From: a candidate division FCPU426 bacterium
GTDB taxonomy: Bacteria > Oederibacteriota > Muellerivitia > Muellerivitales > Muellerivitaceae
DNA length: 64,000 nucleotides
Reading direction: 5' to 3'
Assembly: GCA_963847625.1 (NCBI GenBank)
Contig: CAWKAR010000025.1
Span: 32,001 to 96,000, forward strand
The notes below the pieces were generated by a model. The model made no database searches, was not told the origin of the DNA, and worked only from the letters and a program-made list of their open reading frames with translations. Positions 9,814-19,308 of the stretch are shown here, one piece after another. A program made the position numbers and the translations under genes. Each line of letters begins with the position of its first letter. Position 1 is the first letter of the stretch.

Positions 9814-11550
9814 ATGTTCTACCCGCAATCAAACCGTTTTCGCCAGGTCAAGGACATCTCCGGTTTTTGGGATTTCAAGTTGGACCCAACGGACAAAGGT
9901 CTCCAAAAGGGTTGGGCCCGGGGCTTTAACGGTGGCCGCTGGATCGGTGTACCAGCCAGTTGGAACGACCAATTCGAGGATACCCGTGACTACCTGGGGA
10001 CGGCCTGGTATCAAACCAGGTTCGACAAACCTCACGGGCAGAGAGACCAAAGGATCTTTTTTAGATTCAACTCGGTCAACTATTTGGCGGATGTCTGGTT
10101 GAACGGGGCGAAACTGGGCTCCCATGAGGGCGGCCACCTGCCGTTCAATTTCGAGATAACGGATCACCTGAAGCCCGAAAAGAACCTTTTGGTGGTTCGG
10201 GTGGACGGTCAATTGGCGCCCGACCGGGTTCCGCCGGGTAATGTCCCCTTTGACCCCAAGGACTCCTTCGGCAATGCCTTCTACCCCCCGGCTTCCTTCG
10301 ATTTTTTCCCCTATTGTGGAATCCAAAGATCCGTGCTTTTGTTCACCACTCCTTCGGACTATATCCGCGACTTGACTGTGACGACCGTAATCTCCGGTTC
10401 AACTGGCAGGGTCGGGGTTCAGGTGACCGCCGAAGGCCGCTCTTCCTTGAGGGCCCGCGTCACCCTGGAAGGTTTCGGCCGGGAATTCTCCGCCGACGCA
10501 TCTTTGGTTAAAGACACCGCTCTTTCCCGGTTGGCAGTTCCCCGGGCCAAGTTCTGGTCCCCATCCGCCCCGAATCTTTACAACCTGAAGGTGGAACTGT
10601 TGGATGGTAATACCTCAGTAGATCAACTCACTTTGCCCGTGGGAATAAGAACCATCCGGGTCCAGGGCCGCCAGCTTCTTTTAAACGGCAAGCCCGTTTT
10701 TCTGAAAGGCTTCGGCCGGCATGAGGATTTCCCCGTGGTGGGCCGTTACGTGCCCCGGGCCGTAATGGTGAAGGATTTCGACTTGATGCGCTGGACTGGC
10801 GCCAATTCCTTCCGCACGACGCATTATCCTTACGACGAATCCAATCTCAGTCTGGCGGACAAGTTGGGTTTCCTGGTCATCGCCGAAACCCCCGCTGTCG
10901 GGCTTTTCTTCAATTCGAAAGGTCTTAAAAAACGCCTTCATCTTTGCCGCCAATACACCCGGGAATTAATCGAAAGGGACAAGAACCATCCGAGTGTCAT
11001 CCTCTGGAGCCTGGCCAACGAACCTCATTCCAAAAAACCTGCCGCTACGGGGTTTTTCAAGAACCTGGCGTCACTGGCCCGAAGCCTGGATCCCTCCCGG
11101 CCTTTGACCCTGGCCAGTTACCTCAGCCTTGAAGAGAAAGCATTTCAATTTTTAGACGTGGTTTGCGCGAACCGTTATTACGGCTGGTACAGCGAACCGG
11201 GGGATCTGGACAAGGCTTGCCGGCGCCTTTCGAAGGACCTGGACGCCATTGACAGCCGGTTCAAGAAGCCGGTCCTCCTGACCGAATTCGGGGCGGATGC
11301 CCTACCGGGCCATCACGCCGAGCCGCCCGAGATGTTCTCCGAGGAATACCAAGCCGAGATGATTACCCGCTATTTAAAGGTTTTAAGTCAAAAGCGATTC
11401 GTAACGGGGGCCCATGTCTGGAACCTTTGCGATTTCAAGACCGCCCAAGGCACCCACAGGGCAGGCGCTATGAACTGGAAGGGGGTTTTCACCAGGGACC
11501 GAAGGCCAAAAGCTGCGGCACACCAGTTGAAAAAACTCTGGAGCAAATAA
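9814..11550 (+). CDS. uidA: Beta-glucuronidase (glycoside hydrolase family 2)
   Basis: GH2 motifs HEGGHLPF, DFFPYCGI.R, GFGRHED, NSFRTTHYPY, RDKNHPSVILWSLANEP, TEFGAD and the glucuronidase-specific NxKG (NWKG). Confidence 0.92.
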   Translation: MFYPQSNRFRQVKDISGFWDFKLDPTDKGLQKGWARGFNGGRWIGVPASWNDQFEDTRDYLGTAWYQTRFDKPHGQRDQRIFFRFNSVNYLADVWLNGAKLGSHEGGHLPFNFEITDHLKPEKNLLVVRVDGQLAPDRVPPGNVPFDPKDSFGNAFYPPASFDFFPYCGIQRSVLLFTTPSDYIRDLTVTTVISGSTGRVGVQVTAEGRSSLRARVTLEGFGREFSADASLVKDTALSRLAVPRAKFWSPSAPNLYNLKVELLDGNTSVDQLTLPVGIRTIRVQGRQLLLNGKPVFLKGFGRHEDFPVVGRYVPRAVMVKDFDLMRWTGANSFRTTHYPYDESNLSLADKLGFLVIAETPAVGLFFNSKGLKKRLHLCRQYTRELIERDKNHPSVILWSLANEPHSKKPAATGFFKNLASLARSLDPSRPLTLASYLSLEEKAFQFLDVVCANRYYGWYSEPGDLDKACRRLSKDLDAIDSRFKKPVLLTEFGADALPGHHAEPPEMFSEEYQAEMITRYLKVLSQKRFVTGAHVWNLCDFKTAQGTHRAGAMNWKGVFTRDRRPKAAAHQLKKLWSK

Positions 11551-11583
11551 TAGAAGGTTTATTTATTTGGAGCTTGTATTTAA

Positions 11584-12234
11584 TTAAACCGGCTTGCGAT
11601 GCTGGTCAACCCAGTAACCCCAGGCTACAAATAACCATTGGGCCATTCCAATCCAGGGTATGACGGCAGGATTGGCTGGTGGGTGGGCCAAAATACTGCC
11701 CAAAAATAAAATGACGAGGAGGGAAACCAGGGTCCAAAGCCCGGTGCTGCCGATCTTGTCCTTGGCCTTGGTCGAAAGAAGGTAAAGTTCAAACCCGATG
11801 ATGAAAAGGGTCGCTTCAATTGCGATGGATAAAAAAGGAGAATTCCACGCCCCTAGCCCCCATTGGGGTCCGCCTTGGAGGAATAACGGCAGGTCCGGCC
11901 GGTGCACGATGAGGTCCAAGACCCAATGGCTGACCACCACCCCTCCCAGCACCCAAGAAAGTTTCGAATTGTTCCGGAGGGCCAGGTAAATCAACCCCCA
12001 AGCCGCGGCCCAAACCAACGTCATCAGCAAACTGTGACTTAGCGGATAATCGTAAAATTCATATGGCGATACTTTAGTGATGTTCGGGGTAATCCGGAAA
12101 TGCTCCAGGTCCAACAGGACATAAAGGGGGAAAAGAAGATCCAACCACACGGCCGCCGCGAACAATGTCCCCAAGGATATTTTGGGAGCGATTTTTTTGG
12201 CCGCGAACCCAATGGCATAATGGCCTATGAACAT
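11584..12234 (-). CDS. Membrane protein, putative metal-dependent hydrolase-like (MFIGH...SHSL...SHWVLD family)
   Basis: His motifs GH, SHSL and SHWVLDLIVH within hydrophobic helices. Confidence 0.7.
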   Translation of the reverse strand: MFIGHYAIGFAAKKIAPKISLGTLFAAAVWLDLLFPLYVLLDLEHFRITPNITKVSPYEFYDYPLSHSLLMTLVWAAAWGLIYLALRNNSKLSWVLGGVVVSHWVLDLIVHRPDLPLFLQGGPQWGLGAWNSPFLSIAIEATLFIIGFELYLLSTKAKDKIGSTGLWTLVSLLVILFLGSILAHPPANPAVIPWIGMAQWLFVAWGYWVDQHRKPV

Positions 12235-12368
12235 GTTGAACCTCCTTGAAATGATCCACAGTAAAGGCGAAGCTTCCGAAAATGCCCTTCCCGTAATTCA
12301 CAACACTATAAACGGGGCTTGGCTGTACGGAAAGTCAAAAAATTCGAAATCCCGGCATAAACACAGCT

Positions 12369-13373
12369 TTATTTCCGGGTCAAGGTCACGATCAAGGCCG
12401 CCAAACCCACCACGAGGGCCCCGCCTGCAAGCCACTTTGAATTCAAGACCTGATCCAGGGGGCTCGCCCCCTGGTTTGAATTGGCGGATTCCATCTTGGC
12501 GATTTGCTGTTTGAGAACGCTGACATCCTGCACGTTATCTCGAAGGTCCTTATGCAGGATGTTTAAATCCTGCTCCAATTCGGTGTCCGTAATGTTTTTC
12601 TGGTTGGTTTTTTGGGCCACCTGGTCCAGGCGGTCCCCCGTTTTTTTCAGGTTTTCCCGGACTTCGTCGATGAGCTTCTTGACCAGTTTCAATTGTTCCT
12701 GGTTGTCCGCGTTGGTTCCTTTGAGGTCTTCCTGGCTTTTTTGAAGGTCTTCCTGGTTTTTATTGAGAAGATCGTACTTTTTGCCCAATTCCGTCTGGTA
12801 ATCATCGGTTTTTTTCTCCAGGTCCTTAAGACTTTTCTTCATCCCGTTGAATTCCTCCATGCTGGGCACGGGAATAGGGGTAGGTGTCGGGGTGGGTTTG
12901 GGCGCGGGGGTCTTGGTAGGCACCGCGGTTGTGGCCGGAGACGCGGCTTCACCGTTGGAAGTCAGAGCCGCAATCATTTTTTTCACCCGGTTCTCAAACT
13001 TCCAGGCTGAAACCTTCCGGGCCCGGATATCATCGGTCTTTTCCTTGAGCAGTTTCAGGATCACTTCCAAGTCCTGGGTTTGGTATTGGGAATTTCCAGG
13101 CTTGAGGCTTTTCAAGTCCACTTGTGAGAAGGCCGCGTCAATGGCGACCAAGGCGTCGGTGATATCGTCCTCCGCCAGGCTTTTCGCGGAAAGGAAGAAG
13201 TCCTTTTTATCGCCCAAATAACCGGCCTGGGCCAATTGCCGTACTTCCTGAATTTCCTCGTCCGAAGCCGAATCTGAGTCGTCTTGGGCCAGGGCCAGCT
13301 GGATCATCCGTGGGGTCAAAACAAATAAGAGGGCCAGCCAGAGGGCGATGGCTCTTTTCAGGAAGGATTTCAA
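12369..13373 (-). CDS. Secreted coiled-coil protein with degenerate SLH-like N-terminus and C-terminal TM anchor
   Basis: TTG start after GAAAGGA, signal peptide, Pro/Thr linker, long heptad region, hydrophobic C-terminal helix followed by RK. Confidence 0.75.
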   Translation of the reverse strand: MKSFLKRAIALWLALLFVLTPRMIQLALAQDDSDSASDEEIQEVRQLAQAGYLGDKKDFFLSAKSLAEDDITDALVAIDAAFSQVDLKSLKPGNSQYQTQDLEVILKLLKEKTDDIRARKVSAWKFENRVKKMIAALTSNGEAASPATTAVPTKTPAPKPTPTPTPIPVPSMEEFNGMKKSLKDLEKKTDDYQTELGKKYDLLNKNQEDLQKSQEDLKGTNADNQEQLKLVKKLIDEVRENLKKTGDRLDQVAQKTNQKNITDTELEQDLNILHKDLRDNVQDVSVLKQQIAKMESANSNQGASPLDQVLNSKWLAGGALVVGLAALIVTLTRK

Positions 13374-13404
13374 GAAAGTTCCTTTCAAAATCTTTTTCCG
13401 GCGG

Positions 13405-13707
13405 TCATCCCGGGGTATTAGTCTTCCGGGGAGGGGCCGAAGCCTCCGGAGGCTCCTGCATTCTTGGCGCGACGTGCTTTTCATAAATATAATCCAGGTA
13501 AGATACCAACAAAAATCCCCCGCCCAAGATGAGGAAAATGAATTCCATTACACCCTGAGTGACGTCGTCCCAAACTCCGCCACAGGTAAAAAAACTAATC
13601 GCCGCCAAGACCACCAGGAACCCCCAAAAAAGCAGGTTGGCGTAAAAATAAACCTGGAATGTCGTTATTTTTTTCTCCGTCTCTTTTTGGTTTTTTCGAT
13701 TATCCAT
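13405..13707 (-). CDS. Small hypothetical membrane protein (2 TM)
   Basis: 100-aa ORF with two hydrophobic helices and AAGGA upstream. Confidence 0.65.
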   Translation of the reverse strand: MDNRKNQKETEKKITTFQVYFYANLLFWGFLVVLAAISFFTCGGVWDDVTQGVMEFIFLILGGGFLLVSYLDYIYEKHVAPRMQEPPEASAPPRKTNTPG

Positions 13708-13738
13708 CCAGCTAGCCCCATCCTTAATAATTTAAAAT

Positions 13739-14320
13739 TCAAAACTTATTTCTCGATCCCGGCTTGACTACCGGCAGGCCCTTCCGGCAAAGGGGGCAAT
13801 CCTTTTCTTCCCAGCTTTCCACCACCATGGCCACCAGGGACTTGAGGGGAACGTCGAAAGTGTTCTTCCCCCCGCTCCGGTCGATCAGGCATCCGGCCCC
13901 CACTACTTCCGCGCCCAGGGAACGGATGACTTGAATGGCCTCCTTGACCGATTTCCCAGTCGTGATGACATCCTCCACGGCGAATATCTTCTCCCCTTTT
14001 TCCACCGTGAAACCCCTTCGCAATTCCATCGTGTCGGTTTCTTTGTTTCGTTCCGTAAAAATAGCCCTCACCTTCAAAGCCCGGGCCAGTTCCTGGCCGA
14101 CCACCACGCCTCCCAGAGCCGGGGAAACCACCGCCTTCGGAGCCAGGGGCTTGGCCATTTCACCCAGGGCATTGCAAAGCTTTTCAGCGTACCAGGGATA
14201 TTGGAGCACCAAAGCGCATTGAAGATACTGGTCGCTATGCCTTCCGGAGGATAATCGAAAGTGGCCTTTCAGAAGCGCTCCTGAAGCCTCGAAGATTTCC
14301 ATGACTTCATTTTTTTCCAT
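13739..14320 (-). CDS. pyrE: Orotate phosphoribosyltransferase
   Basis: GHFRLSSGRHS..Y.QCA, PRPP motif VEDVITTGKS, C-terminal CPLC...KPGSR. Confidence 0.96.
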   Translation of the reverse strand: MEKNEVMEIFEASGALLKGHFRLSSGRHSDQYLQCALVLQYPWYAEKLCNALGEMAKPLAPKAVVSPALGGVVVGQELARALKVRAIFTERNKETDTMELRRGFTVEKGEKIFAVEDVITTGKSVKEAIQVIRSLGAEVVGAGCLIDRSGGKNTFDVPLKSLVAMVVESWEEKDCPLCRKGLPVVKPGSRNKF

Positions 14321-14340
14321 TCAAAAACCTTTGTTCATGG

Positions 14341-15159
14341 TTAAAAGAATTTCTTCATTTCTTCGACAAGCTCCTTCGCCTGCTCGCGGGCCGCGTCGGC
14401 GAAATTGTTTTCGGCGGAAGCGTAAAGGATTTGGCGCGATACATTCACCAGAATACCGTAACCGTCGGCCGCTTTTCCCTCTTTCAATACTTCCTGGAGG
14501 TCCCCACCCTGGGTTCCAACTCCCGGCACCAGGAAAACCGTCTCCGGGGCCAATTTGCGAAGTTCCTTTAGATATTGGGCTTTCGTGGCCCCAACCACCA
14601 GTCCGACCTCTCCTTTCTTACCTTGTCCCCATTGGATCGCGGTTTTCGCCACGCGCTCGTAGAGCTTTTCCCCACCATCCAACACCTGAAGTTGGAAATC
14701 AGCGGCTGAAGGATTGGAAGTCAGGCACAGGACGAAGGAACAGGTCCCTGGGTAATCCAGGAAGGGATCAATGGAATCTTTGCCCATATAAGGGGAAAGA
14801 GTCACGGCATCGGACTTCAGGAGCCCATAAAAGGCCTTGGCGTAAGCTGTGGACGTATTTCCGATATCCCCTCGTTTGGCGTCGGCGATAAATAGCGTAT
14901 CGTAAGGAATGGATTGCCGGAGCAGTTCCAGAATCTCAATCCCCTTCGGGCCGAGGGATTCGAAAAAAGCCATGTTTGGCTTGTAAGCCACCGCCAAGTC
15001 GCGGGTGGCTTCCACGATTAAACGGCAGAAGGTCAGGATGCCTTCCGTGTCCCGGGAAATATTATTCGGCATCTTAGCCAAGTCCACATCCAGTCCCACG
15101 CAAAGACAGCCGTGGGTGCGGACTATGGCGGATTTTAATCTTTCCGAGAAGGCGTTCAT
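14341..15159 (-). CDS. pyrF: Orotidine-5'-phosphate decarboxylase
   Basis: LCVGLD, YKPNMAFFE, DAKRGDIGNT, LVPGVGTQGG. Confidence 0.96.
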   Translation of the reverse strand: MNAFSERLKSAIVRTHGCLCVGLDVDLAKMPNNISRDTEGILTFCRLIVEATRDLAVAYKPNMAFFESLGPKGIEILELLRQSIPYDTLFIADAKRGDIGNTSTAYAKAFYGLLKSDAVTLSPYMGKDSIDPFLDYPGTCSFVLCLTSNPSAADFQLQVLDGGEKLYERVAKTAIQWGQGKKGEVGLVVGATKAQYLKELRKLAPETVFLVPGVGTQGGDLQEVLKEGKAADGYGILVNVSRQILYASAENNFADAAREQAKELVEEMKKFF

Positions 15160-15425
15160 GCGGTCTCCAGGATTCTAGCTGAAAAGGGAATCAAACTGTC
15201 CAGGACATTGTAACGAATAACCATTGTCTTCGTTACGGATTTTTAACCCAACCGAAAAATTTATCTATAGGAAATGTTATGGAAAAAGGCTCGAACAATT
15301 CGTTATTGATTTAATAAATTGTTAAATGTCATGTGATACCCTGTTAATTAAAAAGTTAAAAATCACAAACATTAATATTCAGGATGAAAAGGGTAATTAA
15401 ATCGAGAGACTGAAGTTTTAATGAT

Positions 15426-16379
15426 TCATCTGACATTTTTCCAAATTTTAACAGTATCAAAATAGGTTATCGGCACGTAAATATATTTTTGGGCATCGAC
15501 TGCAATATCCCTTGGCCCGTACCAATTGCCTGATTGAGGGATACCCCAATCCCATTTGAATAATGGTTTTCCATTTGGATCAAACAAATAGACATACCAG
15601 TCAGTCACAACATAAATATAATCATCGGAATCCAAAGCCACGCCAGTGGGATAAAAATAATCTTGTAATTCTAGGTTGGATACCGTGAAGCTTTTTTGAA
15701 AAATCCCAGAAGTGTCATAAATATTAACCAATTGCCTATCATGGTCTGTGACATATATCAGGTTTTGCGTTGCGTTGAATGCCATGGAATATGCAAAAGT
15801 CATTTTCCCGGCAGTGTATCCGAAACCGCCAAAGGCAAGAGTTGTATTTCCATTAGCATCAACTTTATAGATCGTATTTGAGTCCAAGGAAAATACGTTT
15901 TTGGAGGCATCAACAAGCAAGTCATAATACGGTATTGCATATGGCGATGTTTTTGCTTGACCCATAACGGTCACGAAAGAACCATTTGGGTTAAAAATTT
16001 GTATCCGTTGAGTCCAATCCGCAACATAAACCAACCCCGTGTTATCAACGGCAATCCCAAGGGGTGTTGTAAAATAGTTATTCGTTGTGCCCAATGACCC
16101 CCAGGTAAATTCATTAGTTCCATCCAAATTAAACCGGCAAACCCTGTTGTTGTTTGAATCGGTCACGTAAAAATAACCATTCAAATTATCAACAGCGATC
16201 GAATGGGGAATATTGAATTGGCTAACACCCGCGCCCGGTGTTGCAAATGAACCGATTTGAATAAAAGGTGTCGGGGTAATTTCCTTTATGTAGGGGGATG
16301 AAGGACTTGTGGGTGAGGATGATTTACATGAAAAGATAAATAAACAAATTGATAATAAGACGGAAAAGAAAATTTTCAT
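15426..16379 (-). CDS. NHL-repeat beta-propeller lipoprotein
   Basis: Lipoprotein-type signal (..FIFSC) and repeated F..P.GIAVD..G.VYVAD motifs; visibly AT-richer than its neighbours. Confidence 0.85.
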   Translation of the reverse strand: MKIFFSVLLSICLFIFSCKSSSPTSPSSPYIKEITPTPFIQIGSFATPGAGVSQFNIPHSIAVDNLNGYFYVTDSNNNRVCRFNLDGTNEFTWGSLGTTNNYFTTPLGIAVDNTGLVYVADWTQRIQIFNPNGSFVTVMGQAKTSPYAIPYYDLLVDASKNVFSLDSNTIYKVDANGNTTLAFGGFGYTAGKMTFAYSMAFNATQNLIYVTDHDRQLVNIYDTSGIFQKSFTVSNLELQDYFYPTGVALDSDDYIYVVTDWYVYLFDPNGKPLFKWDWGIPQSGNWYGPRDIAVDAQKYIYVPITYFDTVKIWKNVR

Positions 16380-16526
16380 GTGAACTCCGGAGAATAATTT
16401 CCTGATGTCAAATGATTAGAATATTAATTAATTATACAGCGATCACGTGAGAGACGAGGGATGAATCCTTGAAAGACCTTATAAATCAATTGCTTTTTTT
16501 CAAAGTTCAATATTCTGATGATAACT

Positions 16527-16997
16527 TTAGTGATTATCTTTGGGCCAGCGCACAACTTCAAGTTTGACATGGGCGAGACCCGCTTCTCTCATGCCGATGG
16601 CCCGGCCGGCGGTTCTGGAAAGGTCAATGATACGTCCCCCCGCGTAGGGGCCTCGGTCATTAATACGAACCTCGGTGGTCATTCCGTTTTCTATATTGGT
16701 TACCTTGACTACGGTACCAAGGGGCAGGGTTTTGTGTGCGGCCGTGTAGGCGTACATGTCATACGCTTCTCCGCTGGCGGTTAAATGGCCGTTAAAGTCC
16801 TCCCCATACCACGAGGCCATGCCTTCCATTTCATTCTTCCAGGCATCACTTCCGGTGCTAGGGCCTGATTCCATGCTAGATCCCTCGCCGGGTCTGATTT
16901 GCTGGCGAAATGGCACGCAACCGGTAAACAGTAAAATCACCGGGAAACATAAGTTCAGGGTGATAAAAAATTTTCTAATCCACACGGAGGGCTCCAA
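16527..16997 (-). CDS. rlpA: Septal ring lytic transglycosylase RlpA-family lipoprotein
   Basis: Lipobox FTGC; GMASWYG..F.G..TASGE.YD...TAAHKTLP...VRINDRGPY..GRIIDLS. Confidence 0.92.
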   Translation of the reverse strand: MEPSVWIRKFFITLNLCFPVILLFTGCVPFRQQIRPGEGSSMESGPSTGSDAWKNEMEGMASWYGEDFNGHLTASGEAYDMYAYTAAHKTLPLGTVVKVTNIENGMTTEVRINDRGPYAGGRIIDLSRTAGRAIGMREAGLAHVKLEVVRWPKDNH

Positions 16998-17913
16998 TGA
17001 GTTCCTGGATGTCCTTTACGCCATTTTCGATCATGTATTCTTTAATTCCTTCCACCACGCTGACGGCCGCATCAGGTTTGAGGTAATTGGCTGTTCCAAC
17101 CGCGACAGCAGTAGCCCCGGCCAAAAGGTATTCCACCGCGTCCTCGCCCGTCACGATGCCGCCCATTCCAACGATGGGGACCTTTACTACCTGCCGAATC
17201 TGGTAAACCACGCGGAGCCCGATGGGCTTGATCGCCGGGCCCGACAATCCTCCGGTTACGGTCTTCAAAATGGGCTTTCTTTTCTTGGTGTCGATGGCCA
17301 TTCCCACGACGGTGTTGATGGCCGACAAGGCATCCGTTCCTGATTCAACGCAGGCCTTGGCGATGGTCTGGACACTGGTCACATTGGGGGATAGTTTGGT
17401 GATGAGAGTATGGGTGGTGGCTTTTCTCACCGCCGAAACCACCCGTGAAGCCGCCTCGGGATTGGACCCGAACTCAATCCCACCTTCCTTGACGTTGGGG
17501 CAGGAAATGTTGATTTCCAGGGCGCCGATCCCCGGTTGGCCCTCAAGTCTTTTAGCCAATTCAGCGTATTCCTCCACCGTGCAGCCGTTGATGTTTACCA
17601 CCACCGGCACCCCCGCCTTCCTCAGGAAAGGCATTTTCTCCGATAAAAATTTCTCCACTCCCACGTTTTGGAGGCCGATGGCGTTCAACATTCCCGCGGG
17701 CGTTTCCGCCATGCGGACCGTGGGGTTTCCCTCCCGGGGTTCCAGGGTGGTTCCTTTCACGGCCACGGCCCCAAGCCGGTTCAAGGGATAAAATTTCGAA
17801 ATTTCCTCCCCATAACCAAAACAGCCCGAGGCCGCCATGACCGGGTTGGCCATTTTTAATTTCCCGATGGTCACGGCCATCTTAGGTTGGAACGGCTTTG
17901 CTTTTGGTTTCAT
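16975..17913 (-). CDS. pyrD: Dihydroorotate dehydrogenase family 1B catalytic subunit
   Basis: NPVMAASGCFGYG, MLNAIGLQN, EINISCPNVK, GGLSGPAIKP. Confidence 0.96.
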   Translation of the reverse strand: MKPKAKPFQPKMAVTIGKLKMANPVMAASGCFGYGEEISKFYPLNRLGAVAVKGTTLEPREGNPTVRMAETPAGMLNAIGLQNVGVEKFLSEKMPFLRKAGVPVVVNINGCTVEEYAELAKRLEGQPGIGALEINISCPNVKEGGIEFGSNPEAASRVVSAVRKATTHTLITKLSPNVTSVQTIAKACVESGTDALSAINTVVGMAIDTKKRKPILKTVTGGLSGPAIKPIGLRVVYQIRQVVKVPIVGMGGIVTGEDAVEYLLAGATAVAVGTANYLKPDAAVSVVEGIKEYMIENGVKDIQELIGALRVD

Positions 17914-17929
17914 GCCTTCCGCCGATTCC

Positions 17930-18763
17930 TCATTTAATATTCTCCCAATCCATCTTCGAGGCCTCAAAGACCGGCCCCTCGTTACAGGTCCGGATCATGC
18001 GGAATGGCCCCGATTCCTGTTTCATGGGACACACGCAGGTCAGGCAAATCCCCAGGCCGCAACCCATGTGCTCCTCCCAGGATAAATAGGCGGGTAATCC
18101 GTGTTTTTGGGCGGTCTTGGCCACGGCCTTGAACATGGGCCGGGGGCCGCAGGCATGAATGACCGTGCCGGGCTTGGTTTTTCCCTCCGCCAAATAATCC
18201 TCCAGGATTTGGATGACAAAACCCTTCGCGCCCTTGGAACCGTCATCGGTGGCCAATTGCAGGGGCACCTTCAATTTTTGAAAGACCTCCAGGTCCACCA
18301 GATCCTCCGCCGTCCTGGCCCCTAAAAAAACAACCTGGGGAACCTTTTTCTTTTTTAAATATTCCGAAAGAAAAACGAGGGGGGCGATGCCGATGCCGCC
18401 CCCGACCATAAGGGCGGGATGGTGGACATCCAAGTTGGGAAAGGGATGTCCCAGGGGCCCCAGGACGCTGATCATGCTTCCGGGTTTCAGTTCCGCCATG
18501 AGGCGGGTCCCCCGCCTTACCACCGCGTAAAGGATTTCCACCCGGGGCCTGGCCTTGGGGCCCGGCAGGAGACGGGCGATGGAAAAGGGGCGCCGCAAGA
18601 GCGGGTCAAACCCTTCCGAAATCCGTAGGCTGACGAATTGACCGGGTAAAGCGTTGGAAAGGGTGCCGTTGTCCTGGAACACCAAACGGCGGTAATTCCC
18701 GAGGGGGTGGTTTTCCAATACCGGGGCCAGGTAATCCTTGGGGCTTGTTCTCGAGGGACTCAC
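17930..18763 (-). CDS. pyrK: Dihydroorotate dehydrogenase electron transfer subunit
   Basis: PGQF, LRRPFSI, GPLG, GGGIGIAP, ACGP, EEHMGCGLGICLTC...C.EGPVF. GTG start overlaps the rfbC stop. Confidence 0.94.
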   Translation of the reverse strand: MSPSRTSPKDYLAPVLENHPLGNYRRLVFQDNGTLSNALPGQFVSLRISEGFDPLLRRPFSIARLLPGPKARPRVEILYAVVRRGTRLMAELKPGSMISVLGPLGHPFPNLDVHHPALMVGGGIGIAPLVFLSEYLKKKKVPQVVFLGARTAEDLVDLEVFQKLKVPLQLATDDGSKGAKGFVIQILEDYLAEGKTKPGTVIHACGPRPMFKAVAKTAQKHGLPAYLSWEEHMGCGLGICLTCVCPMKQESGPFRMIRTCNEGPVFEASKMDWENIK

Positions 18764-19308
18764 TTCCACTTCCCCTTCATCTCTTTCCAGGAGGGCAAGT
18801 GCTGGTCCTTCTCGGAGAGGATCGGGTTCTTCAAGGGCCAGGCGATGGCAAGGTCCGGGTCGTTCCAGCGCACGCCCGCTTGGTCGTCGGGGACGTAGAC
18901 ATCCGAGCATTTATAGTGAACCAAAGCCGTTTCCGACAAGATGCAATAGCCGTGCAGTAATCCCTTGGGAATGAAGAGTTGGCGGAGATTGTCACCCGTT
19001 AAGGTGACCCCATACCATTTGCCGAAGGTTGCGGAACCGGGCCGGGCGTCCACGACCACATCGTAAATTTCCCCCGACAGGGCCCTAACCACCTTGGCTT
19101 GGGACCGCCTCAACTGGGTGTGCAAACCGCGCAATACCCCTTTGGAGGATAAGGCCTGATTGTCCTGCACGAATTGACAGCTTACCCCGGCGGCCTGGAA
19201 CCTTTCCCGGTGGTAGGTTTCGGCTAAATAACCCCGGTCATCCCGGAATGCCTTGGGTTCAAGGACAAGCACCCCTTCCAGCGGGGTCTTTTCTACTTTC
19301 AGGCTCAT
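18760..19308 (-). CDS. rfbC: dTDP-4-dehydrorhamnose 3,5-epimerase
   Basis: F.DDRGY..E, FVQDN...S.KGVLRGLH.Q, WNDPDLAIAWP...LSEKD. Confidence 0.96.
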   Translation of the reverse strand: MSLKVEKTPLEGVLVLEPKAFRDDRGYLAETYHRERFQAAGVSCQFVQDNQALSSKGVLRGLHTQLRRSQAKVVRALSGEIYDVVVDARPGSATFGKWYGVTLTGDNLRQLFIPKGLLHGYCILSETALVHYKCSDVYVPDDQAGVRWNDPDLAIAWPLKNPILSEKDQHLPSWKEMKGKWK

